Below are positions 25,801 to 36,542 of a stretch of DNA of 64,000 bases, one piece after another (positions within the stretch are counted from its first letter, which is position 1; every line of letters begins with the position of its first letter). Position numbers and translations under genes: made by a program. The notes beneath the pieces are model-generated. The model was not told where the DNA came from. It made no database searches and worked only from the letters and a program-made list of their open reading frames with translations. Source of the DNA: Octopus vulgaris (taxonomy: Eukaryota); assembly GCA_951406725.2 (NCBI GenBank), contig OX597832.1:44206001-44270000 (forward strand). Reading direction: 5' to 3'.

Positions 25801-26384
25801 CAACAAATATTCATCGGACTACTAAAATGAACATCCTGGCACGAACTCATGGAACTATCACAATTTATGTTCTGACAACTGCATATCGAACCATCACAAT
25901 AGATATCTTGGCAAGCGCTCATTGGGCAATCACAGTACATGCCGCCGCAAGCCTCCAGAGAACTTATACTGTTTGGTGCTAGACTGAGAAATTCGTTGGT
26001 ACTCTTTGAATTAGAATCCATTTGAAGTACGTGATTAGACATTGAATTACTAATATTGCCACCACTGCTACTATTACTAATAATACTACTACTACTACTA
26101 GTAATACTAGTAGAAATAGTACCACTACAACTTGATTTCATTATGGCCTCGCAGAAGTCTGGACGTCTTGGAGTAGTGTTACCAAATGAGGGATTTTTCT
26201 GAGAATAGACGTGTGAGCAGCAGCAACTGCCGGGCAGGCTATCGTGAAAATAATCCTTTAGAAGTTCTTGATTATTAGGAGTTCCTGAGAGTAAGACAGT
26301 GTTATCTTGAGGTTGCTGTTGCTGCTGGTAACTTTGGTGTAGATTTGTCTGAGGCAACAATACCATTTCACCATTCTCTAAGGT
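21801..26384 (-). CDS. Giant 4584-nt coding exon (1528 codons) of uncharacterised S/N/T-rich protein
   Basis: 1535-aa ORF bounded by a poly-T acceptor ...gactttacag|ACC and donor CCT|GTAAGT; phase 0 at both ends; free of the TEs that saturate the flanks. Confidence 0.92.
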
Positions 26385-26526
26385 CTGTAAAGTCAAAAAA
26401 AAAAAAAAAAAAATTCCATGTTAACAAATTAAATGGAAATAGAATAAATTGTTTAAACTTTCATACATAACTGTCAATAGTCAGAACATGTACAGATTAC
26501 TATTATTATTATTATTATTAGTTGAA

Positions 26527-26990
26527 GGTGGTGAGCTGGTAGAATCGTTAGCACACCAGGCAAAATGCTTAGCAGCATTTCGTCCGTCCTTGTCCTAAGT
26601 TCAAATTCTGCTGGGGGTCAACTTTGTCTTTCATCCTTTCGGGGTCGATAAATTAGATACCAGTGAAACACTAGGGTCAGTGCAATCAACTAGTCCCCAC
26701 CTGCAAAATTTCAGGCCTCGTGCCTATAGTAGAGAGGATTGTCATCATCAGTAGTAATGGTAGTAGTAGTAAAGCAGGGAGCTGACAGAACCGTAAGCAT
26801 GTCAGACAAAATGCTTAACCATATCTCTTCATCTTTACATTCTGAGTTCAAATCCAGCCGAGGTCGACTTTGCTTTTCATCCTTTCAGGGTCGATGAAAT
26901 AAGTACCAGTTAAGCACTGAGGGCCAATGTAACCGTCTAGACCCCCTCCGCCAAAATTTCAGGCCATGTGCTTATAAACAGGGAGGGTTA
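26527..26990 (+). mobile_element. Two older SINE C-related copies in tandem
   Basis: Diverged heads and CATCCTTTC(G/A)GGGTCGAT cores. Confidence 0.65.
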
Positions 26991-27171
26991 TTATTATTAG
27001 TAGTAGTACTGCTAGGTCAGTTGGATGACAAAACTGCTGGTGTACTAAATAGTTTGCATTATTCAGTTACATCTCCACATCCTGAGTTCAAATCATTCTG
27101 GAGTTCATTCTGCTTTTCATTTACAACTTGGGGCCAATTCCATAAGGTCTTGAGACTAAGTTAAAAATCTT

Positions 27172-27330
27172 TGTGTGGTAAGTAGCTTGTTTACCAACCA
27201 CATGGTTCCGGGTTCAGTCCCACTGCATGGCACCTCAGGCAAGTGTCTTCTACTATAACCTCGGGCCGACCAAAGCCTTGTGAGTGGATTTGGTAGACAG
27301 AAACTGAAAGAAGCCCGTCGTATATATGTG

Positions 27331-27362
<32 letters not shown>

Positions 27363-27590
27363 CGTATGTGTGTGTGTGTTTGTGTGTCTGTGTTTGTCCC
27401 CCTAGCATTGCTTGACAACCGATGCTGGTGTGTTTACGTCCCCGTTACTTAGCGGCTCGGCAAAAGAGACCGATAGAATAAGTACTGGGCTTGCAAAAGA
27501 ATAAGTCCCGGGGTCGAGTTGCTCGATTAAAGGCGGTGCTCCAGTATGGCCGCAGTCAAATGACTGAAACAAGTAAAAAGAGTAAAGAGT
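27172..27590 (+). mobile_element. SINE family B
   Basis: Near full-length. Confidence 0.85.
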
Positions 27591-29004
27591 ACCACTTGCC
27601 TATGTAAATAAATAATCATACACACACAGACAGACACACACACACACACACACTCACAATGTGTATTTTCATTTACGTCCATTTTCCATAATTTGGCCAG
27701 GTACTTATTTTGGGGCAGCATGATTCAGTGTGATTAAGAGGTTTGCTCTGCAACCATGTGGTACTGGGTTCAGTCCTACTATACAGCAGTTTGGGCAAGT
27801 GTCTTCTCTGATCTGTAACCCTGGGGCAACCACCTTTTGTGAGTGGAATTTGGTAGATGGAAACTGAAAAGAAGCTTGTTGTGTGTGCATCTAGTTTTGA
27901 CATCATACATTAACAATTAAACTTCGGTCAGACAAGCAGAGATGTTTGTTTGCAGTCAGTTTATTTGAAGTACCCAGCTTCTTACAAGGGATATTTTCGC
28001 TAGAGCTGAGAAACCATGCCTCCCCACCTACAACCACCCCATGATCTAAGAATAGGGTTTAGCTACAATGTAAGCACACAATCATGTGTTAGTAACTGCA
28101 CTAAATCTACAATGAATGGTCAGTATTATATATATATATACATCATCATCATTTAACGTCTGCTTTCATCCTTTCGGGGTCGATAAATTAAATACCAGTT
28201 ACGCACTGGGGTTGATGTAATGGACTTAATTTCTTTGTCTGTCCTTGTTTGTCCCCTCTATGTTTAGCCCCTTGTGGGCAATAAAGAAATAAGGAACTGT
28301 TACTGTTACTAATACTAATACAAACAGGGGTTAATACTAATGTAAAGTAGTAAATGGCTGGTACCGATACAAGACAACAGTGAAGTACTAGTACACACAC
28401 TGCTAGCAATGCAAGTGACTTAGAGTTAAATGACCATTACAGAAGTAGCAACAGTCAATAAAACTACACAACTAGTAGCGCAGGTCAATAATCAGTACAT
28501 GTGAAAACCAACCGGTCACTGGTCAATACAAAGGCATATGATGTGTGGGTGTATGCAGACATGTGTGAATGCACATATATACAAAATACTATAGTATTTA
28601 CTACAACCAATAATTACTGGTACGAGTGAATACACACACCCACACAATGAATGGCCAGTATATATGTATTTTACTACTACTACTACTACTACCACCACCA
28701 CCACCACCACCTTTAACTAATAGTATATACACAACAACCATAATTAGTACATATTCTCCTACTACATATACTATGTCTATAACTTACCAACAATTAATGG
28801 CTAATACTGATATCAATACGCAAACTACTACTGTAATCTATATATATATATGTGTGTGTATGTATATATATATATATATATGTGTATGTGTGTGTATATA
28901 TAATTTATACATATATATATAAACAATTGCAGCGTGGAAGGTGTTTATAAGCCATTTAAGAAACACACAAAAACCGGTAGATTCACTTCAACATTTAAAT
29001 TTAA

Positions 29005-29055
29005 TTTGTCAAAATATTTTCGTCGCTTTGAGACCGCGACCTGTTCACTGACAAA
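29005..29055 (-). ncRNA. Minimal type I hammerhead ribozyme-like motif with G3-C8 core variant
   Basis: UUUGUCA-GUGAACA-G-GUCGC(loop)GCGAC-GAA-AAUAUU-U-UGACAAA: 7-bp stem I, 5-bp stem II, palindromic stem III, NUH site. Confidence 0.6.
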
Positions 29056-29193
29056 ACTTTGTGCTGCATCTGAGAAAGTAACAGTTAATTCATGATATAT
29101 ATGTATGTATGTGTGTGTGTGTGTATGTATGCATGCATGTGTGTATGTATTAGTCATGAACTAACTGTTACTTTCTCAGATGCAGCACAAAGT

Positions 29194-29244
29194 TTTGTCA
29201 GTGAACAGGTCGCGGGCTCAAAGGGACGAAAATATTTTGACAAA
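29194..29244 (+). ncRNA. Second (inverted) copy of the G3-C8 hammerhead-like motif
   Basis: Same motif on the opposite arm of the inverted repeat; one mismatch in stem II (GUCGC/GGGAC). Confidence 0.5.
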
Positions 29245-29374
29245 TTAAATTTATGTTGAAGTGAATCTAACGGTTTTTGTGTGTTTCTTAAATGGCTTAT
29301 AAACACCTTCCATGGTGCAATTGTTTTCATTCCAGCACACGATCTCAGATCAAGTCACTTGCTATGCAAGTACA

Positions 29375-29426
<52 letters not shown>

Positions 29427-29539
29427 CATACATACACACACAGGTGAGCACATAAGTGCAAAACAGGGTAGAAAAAATAGTACTTGAATACTAAAGGTAG
29501 AGTAATATGCTTTCATTAAAGCTGCAAAATTATCATCAC

Positions 29540-29581
29540 AACTGCCTGATGAATGGGAATGAGAAACTCTGAGTAACAGTT
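29540..29581 (+). ncRNA. Degenerate minimal type I hammerhead ribozyme
   Basis: AACUGC-CUGAUGA-AUGGGAAUGA-GAA-ACUCUGAGU-A-ACAGUU: canonical core, near-palindromic stem III, GUA site; stem II decayed. Confidence 0.55.
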
Positions 29582-29609
29582 TTGTGATAATTTTGCAGTT
29601 TATGTATAA

Positions 29610-29653
<44 letters not shown>

Positions 29654-29741
29654 AGAGTTTACGAAAATAAACAAAAGACGAAGTTAGGTGGTGTACCAAA
29701 CAAACAGATGTATTAGTATAACGCTCAGGAATAGAAAAAGT

Positions 29742-29777
29742 CTTTTACATTTCGAGCCTACACTCTTCCACAGAAAG
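29742..29777 (-). ncRNA. Hammerhead-like motif (variant core) in a Penelope-type repeat
   Basis: CUUU-CUGUGGA-A-GAGU(GUAG)GCUC-GAAAUGUA-AAAG; a more decayed copy lies at about 38270-38305. Confidence 0.4.
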
Positions 29778-29935
29778 GAACACAGAAAGAAATAAAGGAG
29801 AGAAACAAGGAGAGAAAAAAATGTGTGTAATGGCTAACGATCACTCATGGCAACTGAGTTCAGACAGAAGGGTCTCAATCTATCTATCTATCTATATATA
29901 AGTGAAAGTATTAACTGAAGTATCACTCAATATAT

Positions 29936-30095
29936 TTAACCCTTTAGAATTTAAACTGGCTGTATCGGGCCTTAATGTTCTATTTGTTTTATGTTCAGAC
30001 TGGGTATATCTGGCCTTTAAAACCTACCCTACAATGCTATTCTAAAAATAAGCAATCATACCATTTTGACAGAAGTCTGAATACTAAAAGGTTAA
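29936..30095 (+). mobile_element. MITE E, internally deleted
   Basis: TIRs and TTAA. Confidence 0.7.
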
Positions 30096-30796
30096 GGACA
30101 AAGTTGCAGATAAGCTGCCTTTACCAGACTGTCTCATGAAGGCAGCTAACTCAAAACCTCATAAGTCAGTTGACCTTTTCCTAGCAATAATAATAATGAT
30201 TTCTTTTATTGGCCACAAGGGCCTAAGACAATGGAGGACAATATCAAAGGAAGAGTTATAGCACACACAAAAAAATAACACAACAAAACAAAAATTACAA
30301 AAAACATGTGGGAGTTAACATCGGTCAAGGGGAGATACTACCACATTAAAAAACAGGATATGTAATAGAAAGTAGAGAAATATAAAAAAAAAAGATCTAT
30401 TCTACATACACACAACAGGCTTCTTCAGTTTCTATCTTTCAGTTTCACTCACAAGGTATTTAGTCAACACTTAGCGGTTCGGCAAAAGAGACCGATAGAA
30501 TAAGTACTGGGCTTACAAAGAATAAGTCCCGGGGTCGATTTGTTCGACTAAAAGGCGGTGCTCCAGCATGGCCACAGTCAAATGACTGAAACAAGTAAAA
30601 AAAGTAAAAAAGTATAGTGCAGAATGCCAGCTAACAGCATTCACACAGTGGGACCAAACCCGTAACCATGTGAATCTGAAGTAAACTTCTTAACCCTTTA
30701 GCATTTAAACTAGCCATATCCGGCCAAAATATTTCTACCTGTTTTAGCCAGACCCAGCCACTTGCACTTACCCTACAATATTATTCTAAAAAATAA

Positions 30797-31027
30797 GGCG
30801 GCAAGCTGGCAGAAACGTTAGCACGCCGGGCGAAATGCATAGCCATATTTCGTCTGCCGTTACGTTCTGGGTTCAAATTCCGCCGAGGTCAACTTTGCCT
30901 TTCATCCTTTCAGGGTCGATAAATTAAGTACCAGTTACGCACTGGGGTCGATATAATCGACTCAATCCATTTGTCTGTCCTTGTTTGTCCCCTTTGTGTT
31001 TAGCCCCTTGTGGGTAGTAAAGAAATA
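30797..31027 (+). mobile_element. SINE family C monomer nested in MITE E
   Basis: TSD ATATTATTCTAAAAATAA on both sides. Confidence 0.85.
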
Positions 31028-31056
31028 AATATTATTCTAAAAATAAACAATCAAAA

Positions 31057-31218
31057 GGCGCAGGAGTGGCTGTGTGGTAAGTAGCTTGCCTACCAACCAC
31101 ATGGTTCTGGGTTCAGTCCCACTGCGTGGCACCTTGGGCAAGTGTCTTCTACTATAGCCTCGGGCCGACCAAAGCCTTGTGAGTGGATTTGGTAGACGGA
31201 AACTGAAAGAAGCCCGTC

Positions 31219-31259
<41 letters not shown>

Positions 31260-31471
31260 TGTGTGTGTTTGTGTGCCTGTGTTTGTCTCCCTAGCATTGC
31301 TTGACAACCGATGCTGGTGTGTTTCTGTCCCCGTTACTTAGCGGTTCGGCAAAAGAGACCGATAGAATAAGTATTGGGCTTACAAAAGAATAAGTCCCGG
31401 GGTCGAGTTGCTCGATTAAAGGCGGTGCTCCAGCACGGCCGCAGTCAAATGACTGAAACAAGTAAAAGAGT
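31057..31471 (+). mobile_element. SINE family B nested in MITE E
   Basis: Full-length copy. Confidence 0.85.
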
Positions 31472-32046
31472 AAATCACGTCCTTGAAATCTCAGGTAAGG
31501 CATGATTAATTCAAATCAGTGTGAATAAATAAGCATCTCACTTGACAGAGTAATCTGAATGCTAGAGGGTTGAGCACACAGAATCATGCTTGTACCCAAG
31601 ACTATACTGGCATCTATCCCACTTGATAAAATTCCTCTTAGAGGCTCTGATCACCACCGTAGAATGCATATACATTACTACAGTGAATGATGCATAAGAG
31701 TATGTCTATGTGTGTACAATACATTCTTGAGCCCTCAACATCAGATGGAGCAGTAAGGGGAACCATCATGATACATAGTGGGTCTTGTGCATTTTAAAAC
31801 CTGTAGAGCCCATCCCTCTCCAGATTTGAACCAGCCAATTTTTACCAGAAAGAAAGTGAAAGAAAAGCATAATGAGAAAGAAGGAAGAAGAATTGTTTGC
31901 AGTGCTGGGTTTAGTATTCAGTCAATCTCAGAAGGATGAGAAGGCATAGTTAGCATTTCTTCTGCCTTTCTCCACTCAAATTTTAAGTCTCACTGATGAT
32001 GTGAGATATTTGTCTGACATTCAAAAGACTATTCCACTTCAATGCC

Positions 32047-32274
32047 TTAACCCTTTCATTACCAACCCGGCTGAAACCGGCTCTGGCTCTGAGTACAAAT
32101 GTCTTATTTACATAAGTTTTGAAATAAAATCTTCCACCAAACCTTAGTCACAATTTATGTTCCTGACACTAGCTGAATGATAACTAAGTTATTTTACTAA
32201 ATTCTATGTTATATTTAAAGTAATTCAAAGAAACACAGAGCATCTCAAAATAAATACAGTAACGAAAGGGTTAA
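32047..32274 (+). mobile_element. MITE D
   Basis: TIRs and TTAA. Confidence 0.85.
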
Positions 32275-32424
32275 TGTGTGTCTATCACACACTTAGATAC
32301 ACGCAGACACAATCTGAAAAATTTTTGATACCAGTTTCAAACCAGGGAAAAATTCTGAGAGTCCAAAGACTTATAGATCAGTTGAAAACAGAGCAGTCAC
32401 TCCAAGTGTCATCTGAGAAATGGC

Positions 32425-32654
32425 TTAACTTTTTTGTTACTGTATTTCTGTTGAGATGCTCTGTGTTTCTTTCAATTAATTTTAAATATAACAAAGAATT
32501 TAGTAAAATAACTTAGTTATCATTAAGCTAGTGTTAGGAACATAAATAGCGACTAAGATTTGGCAGAAGATTTTAATTCAAAACTTATGAAAACAAGACA
32601 TTTGTACTACAGAACCAGAGCCAGTTTCAGCCGGGTTGGTAACGAAAGGGTTAA
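32425..32654 (-). mobile_element. MITE D (inverted)
   Basis: Reverse-complement copy. Confidence 0.85.
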
Positions 32655-33622
32655 GAAAGTGTAGGTAAGAACTCGTTTTGTACTCAGTGCAAACAATGGA
32701 CATAAAAAAAGATGCCATCATGTTTTTGGAGATACCAGCAATGTTGTCAAGATTCCAATTATTTTCCAATAAAACGACTCAGTTGACCCAATTTCTAGCT
32801 GTGATTATTTTTCGTTTTCTCCCTACAACTGGCAGTAAGAAAAGCATAACTGCCACAACTTCTGGTACTCTCAGATTCCTGGAAATCAATACAGCTTGTC
32901 ACTTGATACCTCTGATCTTCAAAGGTCAAATTATAGCACTATTACATAGATTAGACACATGTATGCGTGTGGAGTAAGAAATGTGTGGGGTTATGTGTGA
33001 ATGTATGTATACACACATGTAAATATAAATGGATGTGTATATGCTTGTATTCACAGCCCAGAATTTTCTAGGTCAAAACAGTAAGATTGTCAAAAGTTTT
33101 GTGAGTAATAATTTTACTAATGCTCTGTTTACCCCCTTATCTGAAATGCAAAAGAATTTGCATTGTGTGGCAGTGGTGGGCAGGGATAAATAAAAGGTCT
33201 TAAACAATGTTTCTTGGAAAAAAGAAAGAAGACACAAGGCAGAGAGGAAAGGAAAAAAAGTACAAAGCAAAACTAAAAGACATATTAAAGAAAAAGACAA
33301 AAAAAAAACACTTCCAATGAACTATTTTTATCATGGTTTTTGGTTTATTTGTAAATTCACTGAAATGTCATTCCAGAGAAATGTTTTTGATAAATTTTCA
33401 GTATATCAGTTGGGACAAACAAATCTCATTGCTTCCTTGCCTTGGCATCCCCCCCACCCCCCGCGCTCTAAATATTAAGCAATTGCAACAGTTAACTATG
33501 TTCCTACGACCAGGCTCTGACAAACTATAAACAGTATACTTCTTGAAAGCCACAAATTGTTTGGACAATTAATGAGGAATGTAGGTAATAAGATATAATT
33601 TGAGAAACACCTACTTAAAACA

Positions 33623-34096
33623 TGAAAATGTTAAAACCAAAAGCATGGACCTTTCTTCACAAGTGTCAAAAGTACCACTGTGTGGTCGCTCAACCAGCTA
33701 AAAATAGCAGCCAAATCTACTCAATTACACTCAACCATCTCAAAAAAAACATTGACTAAAATAGTCTGGGACACGTGTCTGATAAAAAAAAAAAACTAAT
33801 CTGGGCCAACTAAACAATAAAAATTTTACAGTAAGACTGCTAAATAAAGGTGCATTGAAAATGTTAAAAGCAAAGCATGAACCTTTCTTCCCCAGTGTCA
33901 AAAGCACCTCTGTGTAGTCGCTCAACCTGCTAAAAATAGCAGCCAAATCTACTCAATTATACTCTACCATCTCGAAAAAAAACATTGACTAAAATAGTCT
34001 GGGACGCATGTCTGATAAAAAAAAAAGAAATCTAATCTGGGCCAACTTGAAGTTAAACAAAAATTTTACAGTAAGATCACTAAATAAAGGTGCATT
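33623..34096. repeat. Tandem duplication, about 235-bp unit x2
   Basis: 33623-33856 is similar to 33856-34096. Confidence 0.85.
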
Positions 34097-34108
34097 AATC
34101 TTTTCTTT

Positions 34109-34338
34109 TTAACCCTTTAGTGTTTAAACTGGCCATATCTGGCCCAGATATTCCATATGTTTTATATTCAAACTGGCCATATCTAGCCTCTCACACCTAA
34201 CCTACATTGATATTCTAAAAATAAACAATCACATCGTTGAAACCTCAAAAGCTATAAGATAATGCGTGATTAATTCAAAACAAATTTGAGTGAAAAAGTA
34301 TTACATTTAACAGAATAATCTGAACACTAAAGGGTTAA
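34109..34338 (+). mobile_element. MITE E
   Basis: TIRs and TTAA. Confidence 0.8.
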
Positions 34339-34707
34339 ATACTTCTCAGACTTGCAAGACACTGGTTTACATCCTGTAAAAATCTCACAAATTCTACAGC
34401 AACAGGGGCCTAGCAACACAGCACATCTCGTGGCATTGAGTGTTACTATCACTCGCTATAGATATACAGCATGGTACGATACTAATTCAAACCGTATTTA
34501 ATCTAAGTTAATTCTCTTCAAAGGGTTAAATACTACTCAGACTTGCAAGACACTGGTTTACATCCTGCAAAAATCTCACAAATTCTACAGCAACAGGGGC
34601 CTAGCTACACAGCACATCTCGTGGCATTGAGTGTTACTATCACTACCTACAGATATAGAGCATGGTACAATACTAATTCAAACTGTATTTAATCTAAGTT
34701 AATTCTC
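34329..34707. repeat. Tandem duplication, about 190-bp unit x2
   Basis: 34329-34519 is similar to 34520-34707. Confidence 0.85.
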
Positions 34708-35177
34708 TCTTCTTAATCAGTTGTACTCTAACTCTTTCCATTATCTTTTATAATCTGGTCCATCTGTTTGATGCTTCTCTTAGTAGCTTTTCTTAGAGCT
34801 GAAAAAACCACTAAGTCAGCCACTGGGTATATAATACCCCTTTGTATTAAGAAGAGAGTAACTGGTTACACAAGTGATTAGCAGGTGTCCTACTTCACTG
34901 GCTATTTTCAGCATCTCGGTGACTATACTATACATTCAGGATAAGACTTCAGAGGAAGCAGCTGGCACAGAAAGGAAGAAACCCAGCTGCTTCCCCTGCC
35001 TTCACATCATTATACTTTTGGCCTTACGACTGTCAACTTTAATAGCTGGTTCCTCCAACAGTCGGAGTCTACTTGGAATAGTCCTGCCACTTCACACACA
35101 CACACACACACTCCTCATTCAGCAACCTATGGTAACACTTCAATGCTTTTACTTTATATAGTGTTGTCTTTGAGTAG

Positions 35178-35460
35178 TTGCATGGCTCAGTGGTTAGAGC
35201 GTCAGGCTAACAATCACGAGATAATGAGTTCAAATCCCGGACCGGGCTGTGCATTGTGTTCTTGAGCAAGACACTTCATTTCATGTTGCCCCAGTCCACT
35301 CGGCTGTAGAAATGAGTTGCGGCATCACTGGTGCCAAGCTGTATCAGTCTTTGCCTTTCCCTTGGATAACATCAGTGGCATGGAGAGTGGAGGCTGGTAT
35401 GCATGAGCGACGGCTGGTCTTCCTTAGACAACCTTGCCTGGACTTGAGCCTCAAAGAGGG
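35178..35460 (+). mobile_element. tRNA-derived CORE-type SINE family H
   Basis: TGGCTCAGTGGTTAGAGC A-box, GAGTTCAAATCCC B-box, TTCTTGAGCAAGACACTT core. Confidence 0.75.
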
Positions 35461-35708
35461 TCTTTACTCTTTACCCTGTCTTTGAGAGCAAAAGGATTAA
35501 AGGATTTGGGTTTCTCATCTCATGATCAAAATACTGCCTGCCCTCCAGTGTTCAATCCCAGGCTGTCCATCATTGAATAGATATAATCTCATTCCTGTTT
35601 CATTCTCTAATGTGACCCCTGTCCAAGATAAGTAGCCTGAAACTGCCCTGATCCTAAGATACACACTTCATGTTTTAAAGAGATCAAAATTAAAACCTTT
35701 CATAAAAT

Positions 35709-35877
35709 CATCATCATCATTTAGCATCTGCTTTCCATGCTAGCATGGGTTGGACGGTTCAACTGGGGTCTGGGAAGCCAGAAGGCTGCACCAGGCCCAG
35801 TCTGATCTGGCAATGTTTCTACGGCTGGATGCCCTTCCTAACGCCAACCACTCCGTGAGTGTAGTGGGTGCTTTTTA
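35709..35877 (-). mobile_element. Family A, 5'-truncated
   Basis: Reverse-strand core and (ATC)n. Confidence 0.7.
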
Positions 35878-36542
35878 AATTTATGATCCAAATATACCAG
35901 CTTTGATAACGACAAAACTGCTCAACTAAATTCTATCAAAATTAATTGAAACAAAAGTAGTGTATTTCAATAGGAATATGGTAACAAAAGCTTTAAGGGA
36001 AATTTGGTTACTATTTCTAGCAAGTCAAACAACCACATAGAGGTGGGTTTTCTCATTGACTGACACTGTCCTATGCAGCCGGACATGCTAACTCTTGGCT
36101 GAAGGACAGATCATCATCCTCCTCCACCTCCTTCCCATTATTGCACATATCAAGTTTTGAGAAAAACTATATCCTGGACTGGTTTTCTGTTGCTATAATA
36201 GACAGGAATATTAGGACAATAGATTAAAGACTTTAAAGTGTCAGTTACATATGTGGCTATATATAGCCATATAAATCTGCACAGTTGATCTAATCTGTAG
36301 AAAGTGGGGAAAAAATGTGGTAATGAATGCAGAAACACAAACAAAGGAAAAGAACGTGGGAGGGAGCTGAATTCGTAGATTTTCCTTTTGTAACCACTAA
36401 CATTCATCGTATGTATGTTTATTAATCTTGGTATAAAGAAGACACAAACAGGTCTGTGTTGTAAACAATGAATCCACCACATGGACATTGTTGTCACTCA
36501 GGCCAAGTGTCCTTGCACTGACAAAAGTCTTATTTCTTTTTT

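Larger units (their letters stand above)
28921..29326. mobile_element. About 175-bp inverted repeat with microsatellite spacer; probable Penelope-like inverted pseudo-LTR remnant
   Basis: Arms 28921-29095 and 29154-29326 are near-perfect reverse complements, embedded in (TA)n, and each carries a hammerhead-like motif. Confidence 0.6.
30690..31573 (+). mobile_element. MITE E hosting SINE C and SINE B insertions
   Basis: MITE reconstructs after removing both SINEs. Confidence 0.8.

Noticed and set aside
26385-26396. TTG start of the 1535-aa ORF
   Set aside because: Lies in the acceptor polypyrimidine tract; the ORF is an internal exon starting at 26384
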